Positions 1 through 12,801 are shown, counted from the first letter of the stretch. The stretch: 64,000 nucleotides of DNA from Callorhinchus milii (GCF_018977255.1 NW_024704742.1:73658001-73722000), one strand, 5' to 3'. The notes: generated by a model from the sequence alone, not told the origin. Translations and numbers: made by a program.

Positions 1-64
1 ATACACACACGCATAGTTTTTGTGTGCCTGCTCAGTGGTAGCAGTCTTGCCACTGAGTCATAAG

Positions 65-678
65 CTGGGCCAATAGAAAAGTGCGGACATATTGCCCAAA
101 ATTGCAGGGAATTTTTTTTGGCAAATTTTGCAGAACATTGCAGTGAGTTGATTGGTGCTAAAATGAGGTACATTTTACTTCCAATCATATTTTTTCCCTT
201 TATTGATAAAAACTAAGCATGAGGAAATAACACACAAATAGATTGTTGCAAAAAAATAACAGCGCTTTGGGATGTCCTCCCAATGTGAAAGGCGCTCTAT
301 GAATGTAAGTTTGTTGTTGCTGTAGTAATCGCTTCTTTAACAAAAACTGGGTGGCCTTTTTATGGGGAGGGGGAACACCAGCAAGACTACAGGAGCTCTC
401 AGAGCCCAGCACCGCACACAGACCCAGAGAGAGAGACGCATACACTCAGACACACAGAGACACACACACACTCAGAGACCCAGAGAGAGATGCGCACACA
501 GACCCAGAGGAGGGGGCTGGCCGAGGGGGGGGGCTGGCGGAGGAGGGGGGGCTGGCAGGGAGGGGGGCTGGCGGGGAGGGGGGGCTGGCGGGATGGTGGG
601 GAGGAGGGGGCTGGCGGGATGGAAGGGGAGGAAGGGGCTGGCGGGGGGAGGTGCATCCGCACTTTTCTATTGGCCCAG
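65..678. mobile_element. Non-autonomous TIR DNA transposon (614 bp) with 23-bp perfect TIRs and an 8-bp TSD (hAT-like)
   Basis: CTGGGCCAATAGAAAAGTGCGGA at 65-87 and its exact reverse complement at 656-678; GTCATAAG duplicated at 57-64 and 679-686. Confidence 0.9.
508..650 (+). repeat. G-rich minisatellite (~15-nt unit GAGGGGGGCTGGCGG) inside the TIR element
   Basis: Several degenerate tandem copies of gaggggg(g)ctggc, preceded by a (GA)/(CA) low-complexity tract. Confidence 0.85.
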
Positions 679-2330
679 GTCATAAGATTGTGGGTTCAAG
701 CCCACGTAGGGACATGAACTCACATAGTGGAAGATGACACTCCAATGCAGTATTGAGGGTGTGTTTCATTGCCAGAGGAGGTGTCCTTCTGATGAGACTT
801 TAAACCGAGGTCCCGTCTACCTGTTCAGGTGGGGGTTATAAATCCCATGGCACTTTTCAAAAAGAGAAACAAGTTCCTCTTGATGACAACAATCCCTCAA
901 AATAAAATTGGACACTCACTCCATGGCTGTTTGTGGGAAGTTGCTGTGCGCAATTGCACTGCTGCTTTCGCTAACACTAACTACTTTCGCTAACACTAAC
1001 TACTTTGCACACAAAATGCGCTATACCAAATTCAAGATCAATAGAACTAATTTCAACAAATAACTTGCACTTAGGTAGCACCTATCACAGGTGCTACCCT
1101 ACCATCTTTCCATCACAGATAAAAAATGGCAGAACAAAAGAGTTCCCCGCATTATAAGGACTAAAAAGTGGTTTATTTTACATGAAGCAATACAAAACAT
1201 TCTCATTACAGAAGACATTTTAAGTAGCAGAATAGTACAAAGTTGAAGTTCATCACAACAGTTTATAACAAACTGGGTGGTGTCATTTGCTGAAATAAAG
1301 TGAGGTATTTGTTCACATGATCTCTGGTGTAAACCTGAGTGGTTTTCTTTACCTTTGCAAGTAGAGTTCACTTAAGGTGATGTTTTTCCCATGTCATACA
1401 GTAGACTACAAAACTACATCCAGAGTTAAGTAAATGCAAGCCTTGATGTAATCATATTTATTGATCTGAATATTCTAAATAACACAACAGAAAATACTGA
1501 GAAACCACGTGACTCCCAATGCTCACTAATCTTTGTTCACCATTGAGTTGGCAGCAGGCGGACTTTTGCACAATTTGATACAGTAACACCATATGTTGCT
1601 GATTTATTGCCCTGGCATTTTTAGAGCAGTATGCATCACTCAGCAGTCAAAATTATTTTCAATACAATTATAAATAAGATTGACCTCTTGCTGACAAACA
1701 ACCATTCTGCCATAATTTCCGTTCTCGAGCTAACACTGCTTTGTGAACTTGTCATGGAATACGTTTCAGCCTTGTTTCACAGAAGTGACAGAAAGAGAAT
1801 TATGATGTTTGAGGCAGTCTCAAATAGGTCTCATGTTTTTATCCCTTTTGTTACATTTTTATATCATTTTACTCATCAGCACATTAATCAGTGTGGTAAT
1901 AAACATTCACTGCATAACATTTTTGGAAAGTCTAGGTGCTAGATAGTGCATCAGCCCTAATTGGTGTGAATTAGCATGATGAATAATGAGATTAATAATG
2001 ACATGATGAGCCAAACAGTCTTCTGTGCTGTAAATTTCTAAAGCAATACTACTGAATAATTTAATACAGGACTTGCTCTTAGTAAGTTACAGTATTAAAC
2101 TGTGATCCATTTATTCACAAAGATAATACAACCTTTTTTTTAAGTACAAGTTTTAGTTATTGTTGTTTGGGGAATGTTGCATTTAGAATAAGGCAGGAAA
2201 CCCAAATTTCACTTGTTAATGATTTCTGCTTCAAAAGCTAGAGAAAAAAAATGAAGTGCAAGTATATGTTCATTCAGAACCCTTTGTAGACTGCAGTATT
2301 TCTAACCAATTATCAAAATAGAACAATTAG

Positions 2331-2699
2331 AATAATAATAATCATTGCATTTGATATTGTGCCTTATCCAGTCTTCACGACGTCTCAAAGCACTTTATAA
2401 AATGTACTGTAAAATGAATTGACTGTATATTTTGTGAGAAACGCAGCAGCCAATTGAGCACAGCAGGGTCCCACAAACTATCGTGGATTGAGTGACTAAA
2501 TTATTATATTTTAAGGGATTATTAGCCCAGAAAAAATGATCCACCAATCAAGTAACAACCCAGGTCCTACTTACTGCTAGGTAAACAGAGGCGAAGTGTG
2601 GAGTAAGGAAACTTGTCAACGTTTTGCCCTGTTTGGGAATCGAACCCAGGGCTTCTCGCTTGTGAGGCGAGTGCTCTAACCACTGAGCTACCAGACTCC
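2331..2699 (-). mobile_element. tRNA-derived SINE family B, long form
   Basis: Minus strand: tRNA-like head, CORE-like segment, Deu-type segment, L2-like tail, (ATT)n. Confidence 0.9.
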
Positions 2700-5600
2700 A
2701 AATGTTTTTAATGAAAATTTAGTCTTCACACTGAAAATTTCTAGGTTTCTCTCCTGTTTGGCTCAGAGTCATGCTCCACCACTGTTAAGCACTCTGAAAT
2801 GCTACATTGCGTAGAGGGCACTATATAAGTGCAAGTTATTGTTTTTGTTTCTAAATTCTACTTCCGAATAGCCACCAGTAAACTATTTGCAAAACACTAT
2901 TGACAGTTTTATATTGTTTCAAATCGGTGGATCTTTTGTTGGTTTGTAGATTTATTTTCCACCGTTAACATTAGTGTAGTACTTGTGTTCCCAGTTGTGA
3001 GCATGACACTTATCAGCATTGGTAAGAGGATTAGTGAATCTGAAATTGTGGCACTGCTTTAAGCACCATATTTGCAGTGCAATGTTATACCAACTCAATG
3101 GAATATACTGGAGAAGTAAATGGAGAGGCATCGATGCTATGTCTGCATATTAAATGATTCTAAACACCATTAATTGGAAAGATCACAGATTATCATGGAG
3201 ATCTTAAATTGTATGGTTTGCCTATGTGCAATATCAAAGTCAAATATGGTTCCCAATTTTATCTGGAAAATAAAATGTCAGTGCTATTACAACACAACAC
3301 TAAGTGCAGATAAATCTAAACATGTAATGTAATAGTCAGGTAGCACCATACAACTTGCCTTGAGCTGCATCAAGATTTTAAGCAATATTGTTATCTAAAT
3401 AATTTACAAAAAGAAAGTTTCTAAAATCAGAACTGAGAGCTAAAAGTAACTATGTAGTGAGAATATCAGTGTGTAAAAAATATTGCTGTATCTATCCAGT
3501 ATTTCAATGGCCAAACCTTGGGACACTGTCAGCGGCCTAGTATAATAGGTATTTTGTGGTAATGCTGCTGTGTTCATCTCAGTCATTGCAGAACAGAAGG
3601 TTTTGTGGTACAGCCATGTGCCAACAGACTAACTACCTAAAGGTATAAAGCAGAGGTAAGATAATAGTGTACTGGTGCAAGTGTAATTAATATCCTACAT
3701 CAGTTTGGCTCAAATCTTGAGTTGCTGAAATCTACAAAACTATTGGTACTGGGGACAGGCAACACAACCAATTAAACAGCACACTGATTAAAATGAAAAA
3801 CAGTGGGGATTACAATCTATTGAATTCCCTTAAACCTATAACAAAAAAATGTTTTCAAACAATAATAATACCAGAAGCAATAATTTAACATGTTCTCTGT
3901 AATAAATGAAAAACACTGTTACAAATAAATCCGGGAATAAAAGGCTAATTTTAGAAATATACCTGTAATTTACTACTGAGAATATCAAAATGGCCCAATT
4001 TCTTATACATAATGGTGTAGTAATTGTTATTAATATCCCACATGCAGCTGTCTGACGGCCACTGGTTAATATCAGGTGCAACATTGTGTGCTGAATGTTC
4101 CAATATTAATCTGAGGCCTCAGTTTGCCAAACAACATAGCTTGTAACACAACAGGTTTACTCACATCCCTTGTAGATTTGATACCCAATGGGTTTGTTAC
4201 AAATGTATTAATTACTCATTCACTTTACTTTGAGAATTTTAACTGAGATTTATTCGCCCAAGACAGTCTTCACCTCCCTGATCATTATTGCTTTTACCTG
4301 AGCTTGTGTTTTGCTATTTAATCCTCTTTTCTTTTAAACATTTTCTTTTTGAAGTTTTGAATTATGCTGCACTTTCTCTTACAATGGCAGTTCTGGAGAA
4401 GTCTCAGTTTAGCGTCTGGGTCTACTTTTTACACGTCTCGCTGTCTTTCCAAAGAAAATGTTTGCTACGTCCTGATTCTAGGATAGATGGCCTGCTCCCT
4501 GCCCACAGTCACAATCATTACCCATTTCTTCTGTTTTGTTGTTTGGTTCTTTTGAACTGCAGTTAGCTTATTTGGATGGTGAGCGAAGTTCACTTTCCTC
4601 CAAATTATGCTTTCTCCTTTCCCAGGAGTTAGCACTGGGCAAAGCTGTGATCCTCAGGAGAGCAAACTTTCTCTGCAAGACATTGGTATTGCTGTTGATC
4701 ATCACCTTAAAATCAGTTGCTGTTTTTCACCCTTTTACTTATGGAGTGTGTTCTCTATGATTTGCAGATAGAGAGAAGCTTTCTGAAATGAGAGTACTTG
4801 GTCCAGATACTGGGGTTTACATTGTGGTGATTTCTAATGTGATTCCTTAATAAGAAAAACAAGTAGGAATCACTTCCTGGTAAACAGACATAACTCACGT
4901 TCAATTACAGGAGCTCTGTTGCAAAAGTAGATTATGTTGGAGCAGAGCAGTCAGCGTGACATAAATCTGATTTCCTTATTAAGGAATCCCATTAGAAATG
5001 TCCACACATTAGTTCCCAGTCTCTTCTTGAAAGTTGTATCATGTAGTGTTGTGAAGGCAGTTAGTTCTCTTCTGCTGTAAGGAAATGAGATGGAATGGTA
5101 TTGCTTTTCAGGATTATCATAAGGCATCAGAGGAGAATTTACTCATCTTTGAGACCGTTAAGACAAGGCAGGGAGGGACAGAGGGTTTCACCCCCATGAT
5201 TAAAGGGTTCATTAACGGAATACTAATTGATTAACATATTGCGACATATGCAGAATGCTTCCACAATTTCTGCTGGGTTGGCAAGGGCAATGAATGGAGG
5301 TGAGGCACTTCCAGTGCTGGACGACACCTGGAGGCTAGTCAACTACCGGGGTTTGACACACACCTACTGATCAGTTATAAGGTGGCACTGAACCACTTTG
5401 CTTGCTTGTCCTCATGCTGAAAAAGTCCTCAAGGCATAGGATGGGCAAGTTGCAGTGGTACAGAGATGCATTTGAACCATTTGGATGTAATTAAGGTACA
5501 CATGGCAGCCAATATACCAAGAACAGTTTTGATGAGTTCTCTGTAAAGGATATAATTGAGAATGCTCCTGTCCCTGAACAGAACTGATAACCTAGATCAA

Positions 5601-8269
5601 TTAGCAACACCATTAATACTGTAGCTGCCATTTTTCTTGGCCCTGAAACCCTTGATTCAAAAGTTCTAGTGAAAGTTCTAGTCTCACACACAAGAAATCA
5701 CTTGCTTCAAGCTTCTGTGATAAACTACTTTGAATTTCCAGTCATCACTGGAAACACAAAAAACTGCCAGTTTGTTTTCAGTCACTTAGTGCAGTACCAA
5801 GCTAATATATATAGTGCAGACTGGACTATACGCTCTGTATTTACACAACATATGCAAGCTTTAAGCCTCTGATTGAAAGCTTAGTGGAAACATGCTGGCA
5901 GTTCTAGTTTTCTTATGCATATGTTATAATTTGTTTAGGAAGCAGACAGCTGCATTCTCCCAATTCTACATTATTCATAAATAATCTGCCTGAAAACCTG
6001 TGTACAGCAAATATTAAAAATTATACATTTATGGATTAAAGTATAGTGAAGGGTACAAATACATTTCCCGTACTCAGCTGTTTTAAAGTATCAATAATGC
6101 TACTATTCCTGCTACAACGGGAAAGATTAGAAAAAGATGATGTGATACAAATAATAGCTCGGGAAGCTGCAAGTAACCTACTGAGTCATCTGTTTGCAAA
6201 CGTAAAGGAACATTAGAAAATTCACATAAAAAGTTAAAAACCCTCTGGAAAGCTTGATTACATATTCGGTCTGAGCCACTTAGGGACTGTAGTCAATGTT
6301 GTGCCTAATCACACAGAAATATCTCACTGTACCAGTGTGCTATAAAATGTACCTATACATTAGTATTCGAGTTGCCAATTTACAGCCAAGGTTATGCAAC
6401 TTGCTCTGGTGTTCTATGGCCTAGATTCTATGACAAGAACCTAGGTCATAGATGCAAAGCTCAATAGAAAATAAAGTTATATATAATAATTCTGTAGGTT
6501 CTCCCCTTCTCCCCCCCCCCCCCCCTTTTAAAAAAAACTACCTACAATATCTTTTCTTTGAAGGCTCCGCAGCCAATAAACAAGCACTGAATCAGGTTTG
6601 AGTAAAAACTGGATAACTAATACAGTTCTGATACCACACACTGAAGCTGAAACCTGCACAATCAGGGACATTATGCTACTCATATCAAAAACAATGTAAC
6701 AGGTAAACATTTAATCAGGATGCGCAAGCTGATCAGACTCGACATCTTCCATGGATGCTCAATCATATATGGACCCTTTTTTACTTTTTTGCATTTGAAA
6801 ATAATTCGGCTTTAGAGGGAAAATACCAAACCATTAAAAATTGACCCTGAAACAATTAAGACATCTGAACTGTTTGCACATCCTTAACATTTAATAACAC
6901 AATGTAACCAAAATTCAATACCTACCTTCACAGTATTAAGGAACTTACTTTAGGACTGCTACAAGAAACAATTCCCCAGCATTCATCTTCACTATGCTTT
7001 GGCTTTCTTACTTAAAGAGGTTTGAAATGATGCATTTTATAATGGTACAGAGTAGGCTGGTTAAAGGAAAATCTGCACCAAAGCTGGTACAACCAATAGC
7101 TCAGAAGCACCAGTAAATGCAAAGGTTGGGGTATCATCATGGCACAACAGTCAGGAATTAACAGCTGATTGATTCATTTAGAACATGTGTTTAGTTCATT
7201 ACTAATAATGAAATACAGAGGTGAACAACAACTTGTTAAAGGCACTCATATCTTTTATCTGCACTGTTCCACATACTCAATCAACCATATCATTATTTTC
7301 TAAAGTTAATGCAGGGGTATACATTCAACCAAAATCCTTTCACAAACAGATTTTTTTTCTTTTTTTAAAAAAAAAGCTTGTCACCAATAATATGCAAGCT
7401 ATATAGTTTAATAATTACATTCAGAGTCATCAAATCTCAGCTATCTGGCATGAGACTCATGCTTTTCAACACCAAGCTGCCCATTCACACATAAATATGG
7501 CAAAATCCAAGTCTCATGCATTTCAGTGCTCAGAACTTGAACCACACATTTCAGACACTGCACTAATGTTTTCTATTCTGAGGTCTGCAAAAACAAATGC
7601 GCTACATCATGTGTATTAAAGTTTTCAAAGATTTCTAATAATTCTCAAGTGCAACACCCACAACAGATACATTTTAAGCCAAGCATGGTGTATATAATGA
7701 GGGACAGAATCTTTATATTCTTAGTTTGATTTTAGCACCACAAATTAAAGCTAGATATTTTTAAAGAAACTATCTGAAGGGATCCGACTGTGGAACAAAA
7801 TTTATGATTTATGCAGATGTTGGATTCACCTCAAACAAATTTCCTGAGGTTCTGAGATCTTACATTAAGTATGCTGTAGATGGACTGATTTTGTTAATAA
7901 GGTTCCCCATGAAACCTATTAGCAAAACGGTCTATCTGTAGCCAATTCATTGAAGAGCCTTTCTGTGTTACAATGGTTTTCTGCAGGAACTATTTCCATT
8001 AATGAAAAAAATAACTGGATAGGATCACAGGGGGCAGTGATAAGACAGACATATGAAAAAAGCAGAAAGAGTAAAAATAAGTATGAATAAAATTGTGAGA
8101 TGAATATCAGATGAAGTGAAAGATCAATAGTCTGACAGGTTAAGCAGACTTTTGACAACCCTTGGTTTTGACTGAATTTTATGGCGATTGGGAAAAACTC
8201 CAGGTCTTGTTAAGTCTGTAGTTCAGACCAGCAACAAACTTTTCAGATTTATACTTGGAAGTGGAAATG

Positions 8270-8632
8270 CAAGCTCCAGAAGTCAGATTTGGATAGAGTT
8301 GGTAGGGAGAAATTATTTCCATTGATTGGTGAGTCAGTGACAAGAGGGCATGAATTTAGGATAATTACCTAAGAAGCAAAAGGAGAGGTTAGGACACTTT
8401 TTTTTTTAGGACAAGAGCTGGAAGGTCATGAAATTTCCTGCCAGATGCAGTGGTTGAGTCAAAATCCATATTAGGTTTCAAGGGGGAACTGCTATAGGAA
8501 GATTCTGCATTCTGCAGAAATATGGGGAAAAGACAGGTACATGGGACTGAATGGATTGCTCATCATAGAACCAGCACAAACATGATGAGCTGAATGGCAT
8601 TCTTCAGAGCTTTACATTTCCGTGATTCTATG
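8270..8632 (+). mobile_element. CR1 LINE 3' fragment
   Basis: acaagagggcat (TRGH) motif, gcagtggttgag, and a gattctatg tail typical of CR1 3' ends. Confidence 0.75.
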
Positions 8633-9104
8633 GACTACATCAAACACATACAGCCACAATTCAGAACAGCTCAATTTGCACAAGTAGAGTAAAGTCTAAG
8701 TAAAGGGTAACAGTTCAAATAAGATCTGATGGTCAGCATCCAGTGACATAACCAATGGCTGAGTTTGAAGCTTCAACTCCTTCTTTCTTGTTCCCTCCTT
8801 ATTCCTCTGGGTTCAATTGCTCAAATACTGGCAGATGTGGAGTGAATGTGGGAAATGGACTAACACAAGCAAAACGATTAACGGAAAGTCACTGACTAAG
8901 CAAAACAGTAAATTAACAAGTTACAAATGTCATATCTCCAACTCAGGCGAGTGGAAGTTTAAGGCTTCTGGAGTAACTGCTGAGTGAGTCATTGTATTCA
9001 AAGAATATGTACATTAATACAGAATAAATAATAAGACTAGGAAAAGTGACAGAACAAACACACACAGAAAGATACCAGAAGCTATAGATTTTTGTTATCA
9101 AAGG

Positions 9105-9615
9105 GTAAGTCAGAAGTTGTGGGGTCAAGCCCCACAGTGGGATTTTGAGCTCATATGCACTGCACGTGAGATAGTGTGCATATCACACTTCAATGCACTG
9201 CATTGTCAAGAGATGTTTTCTCTCAGGTGAGATGTTAAACCCAAGCTCTCACCATCTGCTTGTTTAAAAGAAGGGGATTTCTCTGTGTCCTGGTCAATTA
9301 TCCAACAAAAAAAATTGGTCATTCAGTTTGTGGGACCGTTGCTGTTGCAGTAGTGGCCAATCCATGAAGAAGTGGCCTACCAAACATTCACACCTGTCTA
9401 GGTACGTGTGTGCTTAAACAATATTTTGTTTCCAGTAGCTACTGAGTAGCAATATTCATGGTGTGGCTATAAATCAAGAAAAATGTATTTGGTTGGCCAC
9501 CACTGTATAATATAAGCCTATAAGTACACTGAGCTGCACTTTAAGAAAGACGCTTTGAAGCACTTTGAGACATCTTGACATGATAGGGGTCATATCAAGG
9601 TAAGGATTATTATTA
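9105..9615 (+). mobile_element. SINE family A, decayed, interrupted by a small MITE
   Basis: gtcagaagttgtggggtcaagcc head, gagatgttaaac body and aaggattattatt tail shared with other copies. Confidence 0.75.
9348..9505. mobile_element. hAT-like MITE (158 bp)
   Basis: CAGTAGTGGCCAATC ... GGTTGGCCACCACTG terminal inverted repeats (13/15 match); TSD not recognisable. Confidence 0.6.
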
Positions 9616-10224
9616 AAATGGTGGACTTACTGTCACTGAAAAATTCATCACTGAGGAGATTTCTTCTCAAAGTAACAAGCAAAGGTATTAAAATATCTGG
9701 CCAGCAGATGTACTAGGTCATCTAACCTCCCAAGCCTCCAGCTAAATTTGGTGGCTGAATTTATTTATCATCTTCTGAGTGGGAAGAGAGGAGTGGTTAA
9801 GGCAAAACAAAATCCGACAAAGTCCAGTTCTTCTAATGAGACTGCCATTAGCACTTGAGAGGCAGTGACCATAATGATTCTGGTTTCCATTATAAGGACA
9901 AGATAATTAACCCTTACTGCACCACAGCTGAATTTTTTTGTCCAACAGAAATCAGGCTACCAGCATCATGGATAAGGTGACTCCCTCACTGTGAAGGCCC
10001 CGCTAAATCACATTAAAGAATCATTAAAGAATTGATTCTCATGAGATGAGACTCAAACCCAAAATCAGAGTCTGGACTTCAACCAGCTGAAACAGTGGAC
10101 ATTGGCACACAGGAAGCATAGTATAAAAAAGGTAAGTATATTTAACTCGTTCAGAATAAAGAGGGCATTATTCACTGTACAAAATAATGAACGGGAGGAA
10201 AACGAGAGGAGATAATAGGAGTAA

Positions 10225-12801
10225 AAGAAAAGTAGTTTTTAACATTTTATTTTTAAAAATGTATTTATAAGTAAAGGGTTAAGATTATGAATAGTGATTC
10301 CTAATATTGTGATATTGAGAGTTGTATTAGCTTCTAGTGTACAAGCTGAAAGCATTTGTGAAAAAAAAGGATGAACCATGGGATTATTGACCAAGACACA
10401 AATGCCCTGTTAAAGAACTGCCTCTTACAGCTGGGACTACAAATTCCAATCCTAAATATTATTTTTATTTTGGGGGGTGGGTGGAGTAGAGAGAAAATTT
10501 ACATTGTAAACTTCTATTTGTGGAATTTTATTCTTTGAATGCAGTAAAAGATACTTGTCTGCAACTTTTTCAAATTTGAGACATTAAACAAAATATAGCT
10601 GTTGCATTACATTTCATTTAAAACTCATACAAATTCTAATTTTGTGAGGAGGAGGGGAAGTTAAAAACACTGATCTTGGGATATTTCCACATATAGTACT
10701 TGATCCACTCTACAAAAGGTGAAGTCAGACATTTCAAATAAAGAATTCTGCAGTTGTATGCAGATTAAATATTCATAAAGTCAAGAAATGTTATCTTAGT
10801 ATATGCTTGATGCTCAACTTTTCTTAACACTTTAAAAAAAATTTTTGAGCACTTAGTGTGAGTATCATCCACCCTAAGATTAAGGTATTAGCATAATTAT
10901 ATGCAACTAGTCCACAGTTCCCTCTAGTTTATCCAAGCAGTGTGCGTCGATTCCAACTTCAGAAGATTGCTTCTACCAGCAAGACATGTTCTATTTACCA
11001 AAACAGCCATCCCGTGGTCTATCCTGTGGGCAGGTTTGCATTGGGAGCCTAAATTCACTTTGAATTAATGGGTTGAAAGTACAATCATTGAAAAATTATG
11101 CCTCAAAGGCACATTAGGATATAAAGTGAGACTTGTGTAGGGAAGCCCAGTACGTCATGCTGATCCTCTGATCTCGACTCGGATATGATCTTCAGTCAGA
11201 GTCAACAGCCGAGGTCAGTGTTATGTACGTGGAGTTCTCTGCAAAAGGCAAACTGGAAGTCAAGAAGCATTTTACTGGCATTAAATCGTCAGTTTTGCTT
11301 CTATTTTTTCAATGACCACAATTTCAACCCCTGTATATTAATCCACTGTCCCCAAAAATATTTTGTGTACAAAAAATGAGCACTCAACGTGTACAAAAAA
11401 ACAAACAGCAGATGTCAATCATAAAGACACAACCCCACAGAATGTGAACAGGGTTAGAAAAAGCATTGCTAATGACATCATGATTCTTTTTCTACCAAAC
11501 ATTTTATATGAAAATATACTATTGTGGTTTAGGTGGTGAATAGACAAAGGAATGGGGAGAGGGGTTTAACATTTCTGGTTATTTATATGTGTACAGTAAA
11601 CATTATTTTCAATCCCTCAAAATTATTTTCATCACATTAACTAGAATTTTTATGCTTAGACAAGTATACCACCTCTCCTGAGAATATTCTTTAAGTAAAA
11701 CCATCATTGAGAAAGATCTGACAGAAGATAACTGTACCTAGTAAATGATACAATACAAGCAAAGAAAATCTGTACTGATATTGTTTATGTGCGATTTTTA
11801 CTTGAAAGGTTTTGTTTGCACAATGGGAAGGAAATTGTGAATGAGTGAGATAAATTTCTAGAGGATGGTTCTTCACAAGGGCAGTGTTCACATTTGTAAC
11901 TCGTGTAAAATTGCGGAGGTAAACACAGATGACTATCAGAGCTGCCCCGCTTACTCTGCTCCACACAGACTTCTGAAGTTCATTAATGATGATTGTTTTT
12001 ATAAGATTGGGCAGATACAAACAGGGACCATTTTCCAGGCAATCTTGAATTTTGCTACTAGATCAATTCTGATGAGACTGTAAAACAGCGGTCACACTAG
12101 TGCTGCACCTCCACAGTAACAGTAGCAGGAAACCCACCTCTTGAGAGGCAGAATTCTGTGCCAGTACCTTTCTAAAGTGTGCAAACCAGCAGTGATTACA
12201 CTACCCGTTTTATTCCAGAACTGCACCTTGCTGTGCAATCGGTAGTGTAAAAAAAAAGCTGCTTTTATTTTTCTTAAAAAATACCATTAAGTGTTACACT
12301 GCACCCATATAAACCATCCCAACGGCCCTTTTAATAAGAAAGCCAAAGTGACCGAGAGCTTAATAAACTGCATAATTAAAATGGTTTAAAATTACGTGTA
12401 GGTTCACCAAGTTACTAAGATAAAGCAAAAGTCATAAATGTAAACTATAAAGGATTTTTGTGCCCACAATAACAAAGCCTTCTAACACATCAAATTCATG
12501 ACACTGCAATTTTTTAGAAACCAGGTATAAAAGTGTCTTGGTGCAATTTCATTTGATCCTTTTTGTAATATATTATGACTGTAAACCCACTTAAACATGA
12601 GCGATTCCAACACAATTTTGAGAAGACAGCACAGAAGCAGATCTTGTTGTGCCAGTCCCAGTAGAACAGTACTTCTGATCCGGTGTGTGTTTGCTGGTTT
12701 GTGCCACATGCTAGATCCAGTGATGCATTGACTGAGTGCTGGGTGATAGTCTCTGCAAAAGTTGCACCTTATGAAGTTCTGCTGTCATTTAAAAATTGAT
12801 G
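10225..12801 (-). other. PCGF3: Probable PCGF3 3' UTR (~2.55 kb)
   Basis: AU-rich stretch with no recognisable interspersed repeat, from the stop codon to an AATAAA followed by a U/C-rich tract; the 3' end is inferred. Confidence 0.55.
10246..10251 (-). terminator. Candidate polyadenylation signal AATAAA
   Basis: Minus strand reads aaAATAAAatgttaaaaactacttttcttttactcctattatctcctctcgttttcc (hexamer plus U-rich downstream element). Other AATAAA hexamers also exist in the UTR. Confidence 0.5.

Larger units (their letters stand above)
26..1035 (+). mobile_element. tRNA-headed Deu-domain SINE (family A), split by the TIR element
   Basis: Box A-like gctcagtggtagc at ~30; box B ggttcaagcc resumes at ~693; Deu-type ggctgtttgtggg..ttgctgtgcgcaatt at ~925; internal 19-bp tandem duplication at 965-1002. 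Confidence 0.85.

Noticed and set aside
200..737. Several overlapping Gly/Pro/Arg-rich ORFs
   Set aside because: They result from the stop-poor G-rich minisatellite and CA/GA tract inside the TIR element.
4298..4782. Purine-rich minus-strand segment bounded by a good acceptor (ctctcatttcag) and a donor (CAG/GTAAAA)
   Set aside because: The frame I followed has about 7 stops in ~160 codons, no better than random, and no recognisable protein. A non-coding exon cannot be excluded.
1100..8200. Possible CPLX1 exons or UTR, expected from human PCGF3-CPLX1 synteny
   Set aside because: No complexin-like peptide was found in the ORF track or by eye, and the repeat-poor sequence could not be assigned to a transcript.
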